Shown piece after piece: positions 1 to 11,770 of a DNA stretch of 64,000 bases. The stretch's first letter is position 1, and every line of letters starts with the position of its first letter. A program made the position numbers and the translations under genes. This DNA comes from Catajapyx aquilonaris (lineage: Eukaryota): NCBI GenBank assembly GCA_000934665.2, contig KZ538455.1:1-64000 (forward strand), written 5' to 3'. The notes below the pieces were generated by a model that was given only the letters and a program-made list of their open reading frames with translations, did no database searches and had not been told where the DNA came from.

Positions 1-289
1 GTATTTATATACATTCGGGTGTCGTGGGCTACGGTGGAGACACACACTGCATTGTGCCAGTACAGCTTGTACCTGTCACACGTGCTATGTATGGTCAGAA
101 TCATTTTTATTATACGTATAACTTTCAGGGTGGGTTTGTGGGCACCAGGATGTCATTTTGTGCTGTAAGGGTTGTAATTTGGCCTTTGATGACTGTCTTC
201 TTATATTCAGATTTATAGTCGGCTTTGCTGAAAATTGCAAAATTCCACGTCTGAAGCAACCTATGTCTCTCTTACTGTTATGAATGAAG
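1..289 (+). CDS. Possible 3' end of a plus-strand gene entering the window (frame unresolved)
   Basis: Exon-like blocks: acceptor tttcag|129, donor 164|gtaagg, acceptor ttcag|211; AATAAA at ~545 and ~573. No protein family recognised; implied introns are short (40-69 nt). Confidence 0.25.
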
Positions 290-851
290 ACTCTCGTTTT
301 GTTTAAATTCGGCGTGTTCCACCTGAAAATTTAATATTTAAAAATGGTTAGCTACGTTTGGCTTTAATCGGCTACTTTTAACCCCCCCCCCNACCCCCCC
401 CCCCCCCCACGTTTGAATACTCACTATTTCATGTATCATTGCCAGCTAATATGAGGCCAAATTAATTTAATAATTCAATGATTGAACCTACATTTATTGA
501 GAACAACTTTTGATAATTATTACAGGCGTTGAGTCCACACAAGTAATAAATAGGTAACAGTAACTGCTGAAAAATAAACAGCATATCGTTATGGACAGTA
601 AAGGTTTATTACATCGATGCCTTGTCGCATTAGAGTTACATCAACACATGTAGTCGTATAAGTCTTCATTGCCAATAACATTTGTGGCGTCTCTTCTGCA
701 TGTTAAAACGGGCACTAAAATATCTGATCCATGGTGAAAACCTAATGATGTCTGGGAGTGGACGTCTGATCGTCGCTTCTCTATGTGTCAGTAGGATATA
801 TAAGTCGGTTCAGAAGATAGTTGGTTAGTGACTTCCTGAATTACCTGGTGA

Positions 852-1661
852 TTAGTACATCATTGTCGGACCATAAGCCATCGGTACAGCTTGTACCACA
901 GGGACCATCGCTGGTCGCATCGGGACCATCGCTGGCCGCATCGGCACTAATCCTGGTCTACCGTACATTCCAGGGCCAGCAGCCATCAGGAACCCTGCGG
1001 AAATTAAACATGCTACATGCTTGCATCTTAAATCAGAAGTTTAAAAATAAAGTCATTTGTAAAGAGGTTAGGGTATGAGTAGCCTACTTATACCACTTAA
1101 AGTAAAAGTGAAACTTTATAGTTGATTCCCTCCTGAACTCAGCAATATTATTAGCAACAATTACCGTCAAATGAAACGGGTTTGTGACAATATCCATATT
1201 GCTGATGTCATCTCAAAATAAGAAGGAATTTTTTGTTTGATTTGGAATGACTACACATACCGGTAATATTGAAGATTTTTCTTAATCTGCGTTCATAAAC
1301 ACTGTCCTTCCTCCATTAGGAACAACGGATCTTAATCCATGCAACCAAACTGGCGCAATCTTGTGTGCAGCGTGTGTCGCAATTCGTGCCAACAAAATCA
1401 GTATGATCACTAACTGAAACCACTTTTGTCACACTTGTATAACTCCAAATATTTGAGTGCGTATGTCCCTCAGTTTGATGCAAATTTCTTACTATTTCCG
1501 AGCTCGGTCTCTGCCTCCTCCTCTGGTGTTGGAGCACCAATGGTAGACACCACTAGACATGTAAGCACAAATATCTGCGAAAATATTTTTACAAAATGTT
1601 ATGCTACGGTATGTTATGTGATTATGTACCTTGTACTACTTACTCTTAGTTGTCCACACAT
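852..1661 (-). CDS. Secreted Pro/Met/Val-rich peptide precursor, ~80 aa
   Basis: Exons 1661-1644 (MCGQLR, gtaagt), 1574-1493 (IFVLTCLVVSTIGAPTPEEEAETELGN, phase 1), 994-852 (RFLMAAGPGMYGRPGLVPMRPAMVPMRPAMVPVVQAVPMAYGPTMMY*). Phases compatible; signal peptide plus acidic spacer. An alternative phase-1 acceptor near 1414 would instead give a 4-Cys tail. Confidence 0.7.
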
Positions 1662-1997
1662 TTTAGCAATGAACGGGACAAAAGTGGGGAGGATTGTATT
1701 ATAACCATCGATTTATCTATGACGTATTTGGTTTACTACTTGGAACAATCAATAGTAAACTCAGGAGGGTTTTATATGTGGTTTATACGATAGTGCTAGG
1801 CGCTCAGAGAAGGCGTATTGTGCTATACAGGGTGAAGGGAAACGCGCTCCCAGTCGCCCGCCGAAAAATTCATCTACAGGGTGTTCCAGAAAAAAAATAA
1901 AGCGCAATTAACTTTAAATGTTATTATATTTATTTAAAATCTTAAAGTCACTCTAAAATTGTTACTACAGCGACAAAATAATACTAAAACACTGTAC

Positions 1998-2358
1998 CAG
2001 GGAGCATATACTACATAAGAGGCGCAAACATTCGATTTCCGTTTCTCTCTGTTTGGGACGTTGCCAAGGCTGGCGGCCGTTTTGAAGTGTGGGCAACGTC
2101 AACGAGGTATCAATAGAGTACAGGCAGAAATAGGGTCCGCCATATTTGATTCGCGCGTGTTCTTGTCGTGTAGTTGCCATGGCCGCCAAAACCATCAAAG
2201 ATGGCGGACCTTATTTTTGCCTGTACCCTACTTATACCTCGTTGGCGTTGCCCACACTTCAAAATGGCCGCCAGACTTGGCAACGTCCCAAACAGAGAGA
2301 CGCGAACATCAAAGGCGCCGACAGAAGTCTGCGCCTCTTATGTAGTATATGCTCCCTG
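1998..2358. mobile_element. Foldback-type non-autonomous DNA element (MITE) with long imperfect inverted arms and 7-bp TSD
   Basis: Ends CAGGGAGCATATACTACATAAGAGGCGCA ... TGCGCCTCTTATGTAGTATATGCTCCCTG; arms pair over ~140 nt; ACTGTAC directly flanks both ends (1991-1997 and 2359-2365). Confidence 0.85.
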
Positions 2359-2470
2359 ACTGTACGAATGTGACTGAACGAATGTGACTCCTGACTGTGC
2401 TCCTGACTGTGCTCCTGACTGTGCTCCTGACTGTGCTCCCTGACTGTACGAATGTGACTGTACGAATGTG
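2352..2470. repeat. Minisatellite built from the MITE end/TSD junction
   Basis: (CTCCTGACTGTG)n 12-mers and repeated GACTGTACGAATGT units. Confidence 0.8.
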
Positions 2471-3780
2471 AGAAATTCCTAAGAGTCCAGACTTACGGGC
2501 CACCCTGTTCTGATGCCGCGGGAGGATGTATTTTTAGCTCACGCTAGGAAGCGGAACACCTGATTAGCATATTTCATGGTAGTTGAGCCCCCTTCCACGA
2601 GGTGGTAGAAGCAGTTTGACCCTCATTTCTGTCTAAACTCTAGCGCACCCAGTTCAAAAACCCGTAGATCATCATATGATGCACGTAGGGCCTTAAAGGG
2701 TTAAGAAGCAAAAGTCAGTTCGAGGGCCTCCGAATGAAAGCGAGCCATGGTCATAGAAACTTCCGACTGGGTTTCTCATGGCATCTTATTATACACACAA
2801 GACTAAGACGGTATTGCTGTAGTGTGTTAAATGACACATAGGTAGCTGTTGATTTAATGGCGTGCCCCTGTGGCAGTGTGACTTTGTTCAGAACCCTCCC
2901 TGGCCATAAAGAACGTCCAGTCATACATGGAATAAGCAACAAAATAATGTTGAGCCGCTTGGGGTAATTTCTTTTTGAACAACGGAAGGTGTCGACAGTA
3001 TAATAATACATCGCCGTATACTGTGTACCGAATATGCGTGTCTTTGTCACATGTTACAGCCTGGAGTAAGTTTTAATAGGAAGGTGGCCAGAACGGGTTC
3101 AGTGCCCAGAACGGGTACAACCATCCTATATGTATTTTTTTATTATTTACATAATGGCACAGATTGCTTTAAAATATATTATGTTACGTAATAGAGACGT
3201 CACGGTAAGTCCTGCTGGTCACAATCGCGCCAAAAATTTCTAATCAAAATCGGTTTAGGTTTGTTTTCGGTACGGATTTTGATAATAATTTACAATGCGA
3301 TGGGGGTTCGATATAAAAAAAGCAAAAGGAAGTTTTATACCCTAGTTAGATCTACAAATATTATGTTGGAGTAAGCCATTTAGAGAATTTCAGTTTTAAT
3401 GTTATGGCTCCTAAGTGTTAGGGTTATGCAAGAATTTTTATTAAAAGTTTTACAGCCATAATAAAATTTGCGCAATTTTTAGAGCCGTGCATTTTTCACT
3501 ATTAAGTAACACATCATAAATGCGATTGCTCAATCTTGGTTGTACAGTTTCATGGCTCTTCCAATATTACGGGAAACCAATAGTAATTCATATACATTAT
3601 ACATTGCCATGTTATTAATGTGCCAAAAATCGGCAAAGTGAATAAGAACCAACTGTGAGTGATTAACTAAGTATAGTTACTTTGGTACAGTTAGTCTCTG
3701 AGATTATGTAAAATGTTACATGCATTTTACAAGAAATATTTGGATCCCTCACAACATGGTATTGCTGCCTTATGAAGGTA

Positions 3781-3930
3781 CTCTCGGTCTCAATTAGTTT
3801 CGGCCACCTTATCCTGGTCTTGAAGCAACCCTTCACACACACCCACACCCACACATCCTCGCCATGGAGCCTGTGCGAAGGGTTGCTACAAGACCAGGAT
3901 AAAGTGGCCGAAACTAATTGAGACCGATAG
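3781..3930. mobile_element. 150-bp Tc1/mariner-type MITE
   Basis: ~58-bp inverted arms CTCTCGGTCTCAATTAGTTTCGGCCAC... / ...GTGGCCGAAACTAATTGAGACCGATAG, TA on both sides. Confidence 0.8.
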
Positions 3931-4309
3931 TACATTACAATAATCCAAGTAGTACTACAAATACTCTACTTACCGTTTGATGTTATGGAGCGTCTGTGTT
4001 CTGCACTAACACATCGTTGCATTCTGCATGACCCTCACTATCGCGCGATCGCGCTTTATGTAGTTGTTTATAGCCACCTTTCGATAGAGAGAAGAAAACC
4101 TTTCTTCTTAAGACTAATAACAACCAACCTTTCCCTGAACACTTTTATTTACGGATCTACTTACTAAACACTCATTTTAAGCACGTTACGAACATTCATT
4201 GCAGAAATATTAATTTTCTCTGTGCTCTAGAAACACATGTGTACTTGCATTAGATTCATCATTACGACCTTGCAGGCCTCTAATTACCTCTTAGGACATG
4301 CAGGTCTAT

Positions 4310-4816
4310 TTATTTCCTGCGGCGGCGACCTAACAGAGTTAATACCAGTCCCTTCTTCTTAACTTCTTCCGATGATGAGCTGCTGGATGAACTGCTTCCT
4401 CCTAAAAATCAGAGAAGAGCAAAATAATTAAAAACGTAAAGTTGTAATGTCGACATGAAATGTAAAATTGAATTTTAGAAGAAATTGAATTAATAATTGT
4501 GTAATGTTCGAGTCAATTTTCTGGAGCAATAGCAATACCATTAGAGAAAAAAAATATCTGGAATGCAGCATTTCACATCTTGTAATCATACCAATGTGAT
4601 TCTCATCCCTCTTAGGTCCAGATCTTCCTAAAATATCACAAGTGACTAACCTTTTCGTGTTCCTAATAAGCCCAACAGTGCTGGAGCAGCGGAACACACA
4701 CTAATAGCAATAGCAACCATCAGGAGGGTCAACAACTGCAATGAAAAACCATCGTGTATGGGCACGTAATTAATCGAAGTTACAGTATGCCAAATGCTTA
4801 CCGCCTTGAACGCCAT
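4310..4816 (-). CDS. Small secreted protein with Ser9-Glu-Glu cluster and polybasic tail (63-75 aa)
   Basis: Exons 4816-4802 (MAFKA), 4735-4651 (LLTLLMVAIAISVCSAAPALLGLLGTRK, phase 1), optional 4627-4592, 4401-4310 (GGSSSSSSSSSEEVKKKGLVLTLLGRRRRK*). TATATAAA at 4903-4896. Confidence 0.8.
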
Positions 4817-5151
4817 GCTGGCTTGGTATGGTCTGATCTGAGCAGATCTGTGTCTGTGCGAAGACAAGCTCTGCTTCTTGGCAATATGGTTCCCATTTAT
4901 ATATCTTAGGTCTGATATAATATTTACTATGGACGTCATAGAATTGCTTCGGGGAAAAAGGGTTGAGGCAACACAATGCAGTTTTCTAAAGACTATCTCA
5001 ATTACAGGGTATTGTCATGAGTAGTGACACGTGTTAGCTATTTGTAGGTAAGAATGCAGAAATGTTAAACTAGAAGTTGCGCAGTTCCATTTAATCTAAA
5101 TGTGTGGATTTCAAAGAAAAATATATGAAAATGTGTGCAATACTTGCCTAA

Positions 5152-5533
5152 TTACAAGTTCCAAGGAAACAATCCGGTCCTTCTCTTTATCCCATATAAG
5201 AAAGTGCTCTGAAAAAAGTCATGATTATATACAGTACAAAGTAGGATTGAAATACAGTACAATTTCCCCATAAAAGGGCCCCTAATGGGACAAATAAAAT
5301 AAAATACAAAAATACGGTACAATAATTTAGGTCATTAAATTCCGTACGTACCTGAAGTCCTATTCCCAACAGTCCAGCTTCAGAAATGCACCATGTCATT
5401 GAAACAAATAGAGCTGCAATTTGGACCTTTCAAAAGTTAAAAATGTGCACTAAAGATAATGCTATTTACAGAGCCAGGGTAGCATTGAATATAATTATAT
5501 AACTCCTACCAATATCAGAAGTAGCTTCCACAT
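5152..5533 (-). CDS. Small secreted peptide precursor, 51 aa
   Basis: Exons 5533-5510 (MWKLLLIL, gtagga), 5426-5352 (VQIAALFVSMTWCISEAGLLGIGLQ, gtacgt), 5208-5152 (STFLYGIKRRTGLFPWNL*); all phase 0; TCAGT Inr-like at 5565-5561. Confidence 0.7.
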
Positions 5534-6948
5534 TGCCAGTTTGCGAATACTTATATTATTACTGATGCATGATTCCTTTTGATCGAAGTTTAAAAATACC
5601 TCTTTCATTGTGTTGTACAATGAAGATTTATGATTCAATTGAGAAGTTTTATCACTTTGTTCAAAACACAGTGCCTCTGGCGGGAAAGGAATGAACTTTC
5701 CTAATGACTAAACTAACTTGTTACATTCACTGTGGAATAGTTTTGCTTATGAGTGCATTGAAATCTGTAAGCACTAATTGAACCATATTGATTAGTGGAA
5801 GAACTGATTTATTGATCTCTCAAAAGGACCAGTTTTATTTATCTATTGTTAATTAAGTTTTTTTTAAAAAATTAGGGGCAGAGGTTCATGTCCGTGACAA
5901 TGCTCTTGCTATTACGTTTGTGTCAAATGAATTTATTGCAAAAAGTGGATAATCACGACTGGATTATTTTAGTGTATAGTGTAATGCTAATTATGTAATA
6001 AATTGAGGCGTGGAATAACCAGTTTATGTGAGCACGACAACAAGAGAAAAAGTGCAACAAGCTGTCAAATAAAAAGATGTTGAAGTGACATTGAAAAATA
6101 AATATTATTTCAATGTCTTAACTCCATGAAATATCGTCCTTATGTGCATCGCAGGACGCATATATTGAAAATGAGTCAGATAGGAAATAAAAATGGACAA
6201 TGTTTGCGAAGAAGGTAAAGTGTCGATTTCTATACAATGAACAATGAACAATGAACAATCGACATATCATACATGCCTGTACAATGATCTTGTAAGTAAA
6301 TTGCATTGGGTTACATATTGATGCAATATTCTGTAATATTTTTAGTTACTCTCTATTAATTATTATCTGTACACCCTGTACTTATGTTGATACACCATCG
6401 TTTGCGAAACATGATGATCAATTTGTGGAGCTCGATGGAATTAAATCAGGGCTCATTTCACATTTGAAAATGTGTAATTTTTGAACGCAATCGTAAATAT
6501 CTGCGCCTGACATTGCCATTATTTAAAAAGTGATTTTAATTAGACTTATGATTACAGGTTCAGGAAGTTAGGGTTATTGCGTATTGACTCAGAGCGTTGC
6601 AATAGTCATCTAGTTTTATTAACTGCACGTCAGCTGATATGCCCCCCCTAAAATGACTGGCTTTCATTTACAAATTACTGTACATGATTACACGTATCGC
6701 TTGAACAAAATATCATGTTTTGCATTTATTTTCGTGCATAATTTTATTGTGATGTGTGTAAACTATAAGGAATCTTAATGAAGGATGAAATTAAAGTGAC
6801 ATTTGAAAAATATATTTCATCTTCTGTAATATAACTTTCACAGTAGCCTAGTTGCTTACAGAATTACTGGTTCATTATAAGTAGTTTTTTTTTTCAAAAT
6901 TTGCGTACTTTACAATATCTCGTTTGGTTCTGGGAGTTGTGCATATTT

Positions 6949-8442
6949 TCAGCCTGCTCCAGGATGACTTTGACGCAGGTATTGCAACAGTCGGGTTGCC
7001 TCGTGAGGTTGATCATAAGGGCTGCAATCCAAGACCTGTCCAGTTTTAAAATAATACAATGTACGGTAATAATGACATTCATTTTGACCACCTTCGTTAT
7101 AGTGAGCTCTTTGCCCATACCCATCATAGTAATGAGACTGAGCTTGTGCTTTATGGTCTTTCAATAATTGTTGTAGTCTCATTGCTATGTGTGACCACCT
7201 GTTTTGGGCATCCTCCTCCGGATGATGGTTGGTGTCATCCGGTGCTGTGTTGTCATTGTGTTGATCTCCATCTGTGTAAATAAAAATATCAAGAGCCATG
7301 TGTAATTATTGCACCTAATGATATTACTTACCATGCAAACTTAAATAATTCACTGCATGTTCTGACATCTTATCGTTTTCGCTTGGCCGGTCAGCCTCCG
7401 GATCGTACCAGGAAGATAAATCCGGATGTTGGTAACGTGTGTCTTCCAACTCAGGCTCATACCATTGCGGTAAATCCGGTTCTTGATATTCTGAAGCCCT
7501 TTGTAGCTCATACCATGCTGATTGTTGATCTGATCTTAATGGTGCTGGCTTTTGATATTTTGATTGAGGTTGTTGAGGTTGACCTTTTGATTTGGGGTGT
7601 GGCTCTGGTGCTAACTTATGCTCCTGAAATTTTGTATCCGGTTTTTGATATTCTGAAGTCCTTAGTCGCCCATACCATGCTGATCGTGCACCCGATCTTG
7701 ATGGCTTTTGAGATTCTGAAGTCCTTAGTCGCCCATACCATGCTGATCGTGCACCCGATCTTAATGGCTTTTGAGATTTTGAACGCGGTTGTTGACGTTG
7801 ATCTTTTGATCTGGGGTGTAGCTCTGGTGCTAAATTATGCTCCTGAAATTTTCGTTCCGGTTTTTGATAATCTGAAGCCCTTAGTCGCCCATACCATGCT
7901 GATTGTGGCTTTTGAGATTTTGAACGAGGTTGTTGAGGTTGATTTTTTGATATGGGGTACGGCTCTGGTGATAAATTATGCTCAGGATATTTCAGACTTT
8001 CGGAAGACTGATGTGGCTCATGTAAATTCGGTTTTGTATCGGGTTCTTGCATCTGGTTTCGAAATGCTGAAGTTGCAGCTTCATGTGCATCATGAAATAA
8101 TTCCGTTTGGTGATGCTTGTACGGTTTTGACACTGGTGGATTTGTATGATTCAAACTATGGTTTTTAAACAAAGATTCTGTTGGAACTGGTTGGTTATTT
8201 TCCAACAATGACATGTCCAATGTTTTGGGCGATTCGACACGACCATGTTCATCATATTCAATGTCCGGAGAATACGGTTCTTGAAATTCTTCCGAAGAAC
8301 TCGAAGAAGACTCGTCGTCAAAATAGAAAGCTCCAGTATCGCTGGCGATAAGAGACACTAAAAAGAAAAGCTATTCAAGGTACATAATAATTGCGTAATG
8401 AGGACAGAGTGCAAGTCTTACCAGCACATTTGAGTTCAGCAT
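6949..8442 (-). CDS. Secreted repetitive protein (~460 aa) with N-terminal DDESSSSSSEE and SAWYGRLR / QEHNLAPEP repeats
   Basis: Exons 8442-8422 (MLNSNVL), 8370-7332 (ORF 7324..8358 frame, donor gtaagt, phase 1), 7271-6949 (ORF 6949..7299 frame). Signal MLNSNVLLFFLVSLIASDTGA; clear DNA tandem repeats 7480-7990. Confidence 0.85.
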
Positions 8443-9312
8443 TGTTTGGCACAGCACTTTGACGCGTTACCTTCAGAACTGAATGACATAATATTCTTAT
8501 CCACCTTTTGTGACGCACCACTACAGCTCTATCTGGCAACGCTCTCTGGAACTACTGGATAAAAATATTAATTATAGAAACATGACTGTGACATTTAAGG
8601 AGATTTTGCGACGTCATTGCTATATATAGGGGTATAGGAATTTAATTCGAGTACTTTATGAAAGTGTCAGGCTCGAGGTTTTAATGATTTCTGCATCGTC
8701 TCCTCGGTCTGTCATTCGGGGGGAATCTCATTTTCGCCGTTTCATTAACGCTTCCAAGTGTGACTAATCAGTGGAGGGGTTAAAAATGGGGTCGTTTGGA
8801 CCATCGATTTCAAGTCCAGATATGTCTTTGATGTGGGCGACATTGCAGCAGGAGAGAGAGAGATAAAAAGTACAGGGGGAAATATCAGGTGATGAACAAT
8901 GGTGACTCTTTTATTGTTGTTACTGCAAGGATGTAATGTACAGGCGATTATTGGGGCGTTGAGAATCGTACTGATGGCGTCCTGCAAAAGAGAAAGAAAT
9001 GGAGGGTAAAAAATTTGGCCGAACAAAGCAAGGAATTGCAGATATTCGGGGGCAACTTTGTCTGGTACATGTAATTATACGTGCCATTTCGGTTCATATC
9101 CAACAAGTACTTGATTATTAGATTGAACCTAAGGCTGCTATATACAGCAGAACAATATGTCATAGACTCCTTATAGTCAGAAAATGGTGTCAATTACGAA
9201 TTTTATACAATTATATCTGTCATCAGTTAAATAATTTACACACTTCTAATATTTCCTTGTGATAAAATAAGGGCAAATAAATTAATTTAAATGAAGTCTT
9301 ACTTTGTTATCG

Positions 9313-10250
9313 TCAGTGGTGTCCGTGACCTCCGTAGTGTCCACCACCACCATGACCTCCATAGTGTCCGCCTCCACCATGACCTCCATAGTGTCCGCCT
9401 CCACCATGACCTCCGTAGTGTCCACCACCACCGTGACCTCCGCCGTAGTGTCCACCGCCTCCGTGACCTCCACCATAATGCCCTCCTCCTCCGTGACCTC
9501 CTCCCCCATGACCTCCGCCGTAGTGACCTCCTCCTCCATGACCTCCGCCGTGATGACCACCCCCGCCGTGATCTACCCACATAGCAACAACCAACAATGT
9601 TTAAAAAAAAAACGAATGTCAGACCATCTGATCCAGTTATTGTTACCTATGCAGATCGACAATTCAAACAGCAATTTAGAACCGAACGGTAATGATGGTA
9701 TACGTCCCCATAATTATAATTTAAATGCCGCATAAATTTGGTCCAAACTGTCACTACAGTTTCGGAAATTGCATCGGTTGCGTCACCCCAATCGAACGTA
9801 ACTCATTGGAAACAATATATAATACAATGGGACTTACGCTGCGCTCCGATCATTGCGACACCCAGGCACATCACCAACATCATAACGACCTGTAACATAT
9901 ACATAAATCACATCAGGTTCAAGGGTTTGGATTGTTCTTCCCAGCAACCAATCGAAACAGAAGCACTAGTTGCTGAAGTCAACAGCGAGTCTCTGAATTA
10001 TTGTGTTATTTTATACGACTTTATTATTTTCATAGATTACAAGTTTCATACTCTCAGTAGTCCGGAAGTGGGTTAGGCAGCCGGGACATGCAAACAAACA
10101 TGCGGAGAAACCTTCACGTTTATACTATATGAGAGATTGAAATAGTACCTTAAGCACTTTTTGGTCAGATAATTTCAACTTTCGACTGTACAAAAATCTA
10201 ATAAAATTACACAACCGTCGAATCGCCATACTCACAATTTTGGACGTCAT
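9313..10250 (-). CDS. Secreted Gly/His/Tyr-rich peptide (GGGGHY repeats), 108 aa
   Basis: Exons 10250-10236 (MTSKI, gtgagt), 9889-9838 (VVMMLVMCLGVAMIGAQ, phase 1), 9572-9313 (HHGGGGHHGGGHGGGGHY...GHGHH*). TATATAAG at 10314-10307. Confidence 0.9.
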
Positions 10251-10683
10251 TGTTGCAAGTTCTTTGAGAGGACAGTGTACACAAGGCAAAACCCAACAGG
10301 AAAGGTCTTATATAGTTGGGGTATCCTTGGGTTGGACCAATGGCAAGGCCCGCCAAAGACGCTTCGAAAATGTGTGCAAAAAAAAATATTTGCGAGAGAA
10401 CAGGTTTGCACAGAGGTCATTGAGTGAGTCCCCCGTCACATACTCGTTTTAAGAGGGCCAAAGAGACGGCAAACGTGCGTCATGTCATGCACGTAAAATG
10501 TTGTGAAGCAGGTGAAAAACCAAGACTGGGAAGTTCATGGCTGAATATGCTTAAAAGTTGCGCGCAATTCTTGGAATAATATTGGACGAGGTTATTGAGC
10601 AAACTTACTTTTATTACGTCATTAAGGCGAGGTCGTATTTACATGGACTGTACATTGCAAAATTTTGGGATAAATTTATGATC

Positions 10684-11270
10684 TTAATCGTAGTCTCCAT
10701 GGTGGTGATGGCCACCGCCGTAGTGGCCGTGTCCACCGTAATGTCCATGTCCATGTCCACCATAATGGCCATGTTCATGTCCACCATAATGGCCGTGTCC
10801 ACCATAATGGCCGTGTCCGCCATAATGGCCATGTCCGCCGTAGTGACCGTGGCCATGTCCGCCGTAGTGACCGTGGCCATGCCCGCCGTGATGGTGATGG
10901 CCAAAATCTAAACAGAGCACCAAATGTCAGCAAGTGATTGAAACATATTGTATAATCAGAGCTTACCAGATTCACACATGGTGGGTATGATTAGCAAGAA
11001 TGCTGCAAGTAGTACAACGAAAATCTGAAATAAAAATAATTATTATTACAAGTTTGCAGTAAGGGATTCAAATAGTTTGCATGTTAAATATACAAGTATG
11101 CAAAATATACGAATAAATAAATTCTGAGAATCACGTTCACTTTTGGCGTATATCGGCAACAATGCAATAAGGAAAAGAGTACAGAGCAATGCTCCTAGAC
11201 TTTGCAATTACAAGTTATGCAAAATGGCAAATGCAGAAAAACAACGCATACTCACCAGTTTGGATGCCAT
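10684..11270 (-). CDS. Secreted His/Gly/Tyr-rich peptide (GGHGHY repeats), 98 aa
   Basis: Exons 11270-11256 (MASKL, gtgagt), 11024-10967 (IFVVLLAAFLLIIPTMCES, phase 1), 10907-10684 (DFGHHHHGGHGHGHY...HHHHGDYD*). TATAAA at ~11329-11324. Confidence 0.9.
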
Positions 11271-11689
11271 GTCTGCTGCTGGTTCCTTCCAAAATACAAG
11301 TTTTGGGCTGTTGGCTCCAGATATTTATACTCATCTTTTAGCAATAAAAAATTGTTTTAAGAAGCGTGTTAGACCAGCCTTGGATCCAGTTCTGTTAAAA
11401 TTCCCCCCCCAACTCAAAAAAAAGAAAGAAGTCACGCACTGCCTTCGGTTATTCTGATTTCACTTAGAGCAAAGTGCGTCATTGTTTATTTGGGTTAGAC
11501 GTCACATGGACCAAAGTAATGGTTCCTGCATGACCAATTAACATGGCTTCAAAACAGGTGCGTCAAGAACTAATTTATAGATTGTGGTGAGTTACGTTGT
11601 TTGTCTCAACAACCGGTTTTTATAGAAAACACCTATAACAATAATGCGGTTTGGAAGCGGGAATTCATTTTATGAAAAAAATCGAGTTG

Positions 11690-11770
11690 TGTTCCGACTT
11701 GGAGACGGAACAGCATAATGTTCCGGCTTGGAGACGGAACAGCATAATGTTCCGGCTTGGAGACGGGACA
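11690..11770. repeat. 29-bp tandem repeat, ~3 copies
   Basis: Unit TGTTCCGGCTTGGAGACGGAACAGCATAA. Confidence 0.8.

Noticed and set aside
2751..3050. ORF with a short hydrophobic stretch (NIILLLIPCMTG); similar weak candidate at 8745-9193
   Set aside because: Could not build a phase-consistent gene model with a start exon.
7383..8168. 261-aa hydrophobic plus-strand ORF; likewise the Val/Met/Thr/Ser-rich ORFs over 9.3, 10.6, 14.2, 16.2, 18.4 and 21.7-23.3 kb
   Set aside because: Antisense or off-frame shadows of repetitive coding exons, with no independent gene signals.
9299..9580. Protamine-like Arg/Trp-rich ORF (MGRSRRGWSSRRR...)
   Set aside because: Alternative frame of the GGH repeat exon; the splice phase from the signal exon selects the Gly/His frame.
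11690..11770. CRISPR-like 29-bp repeats
   Set aside because: No spacers, no cas genes, eukaryotic context.
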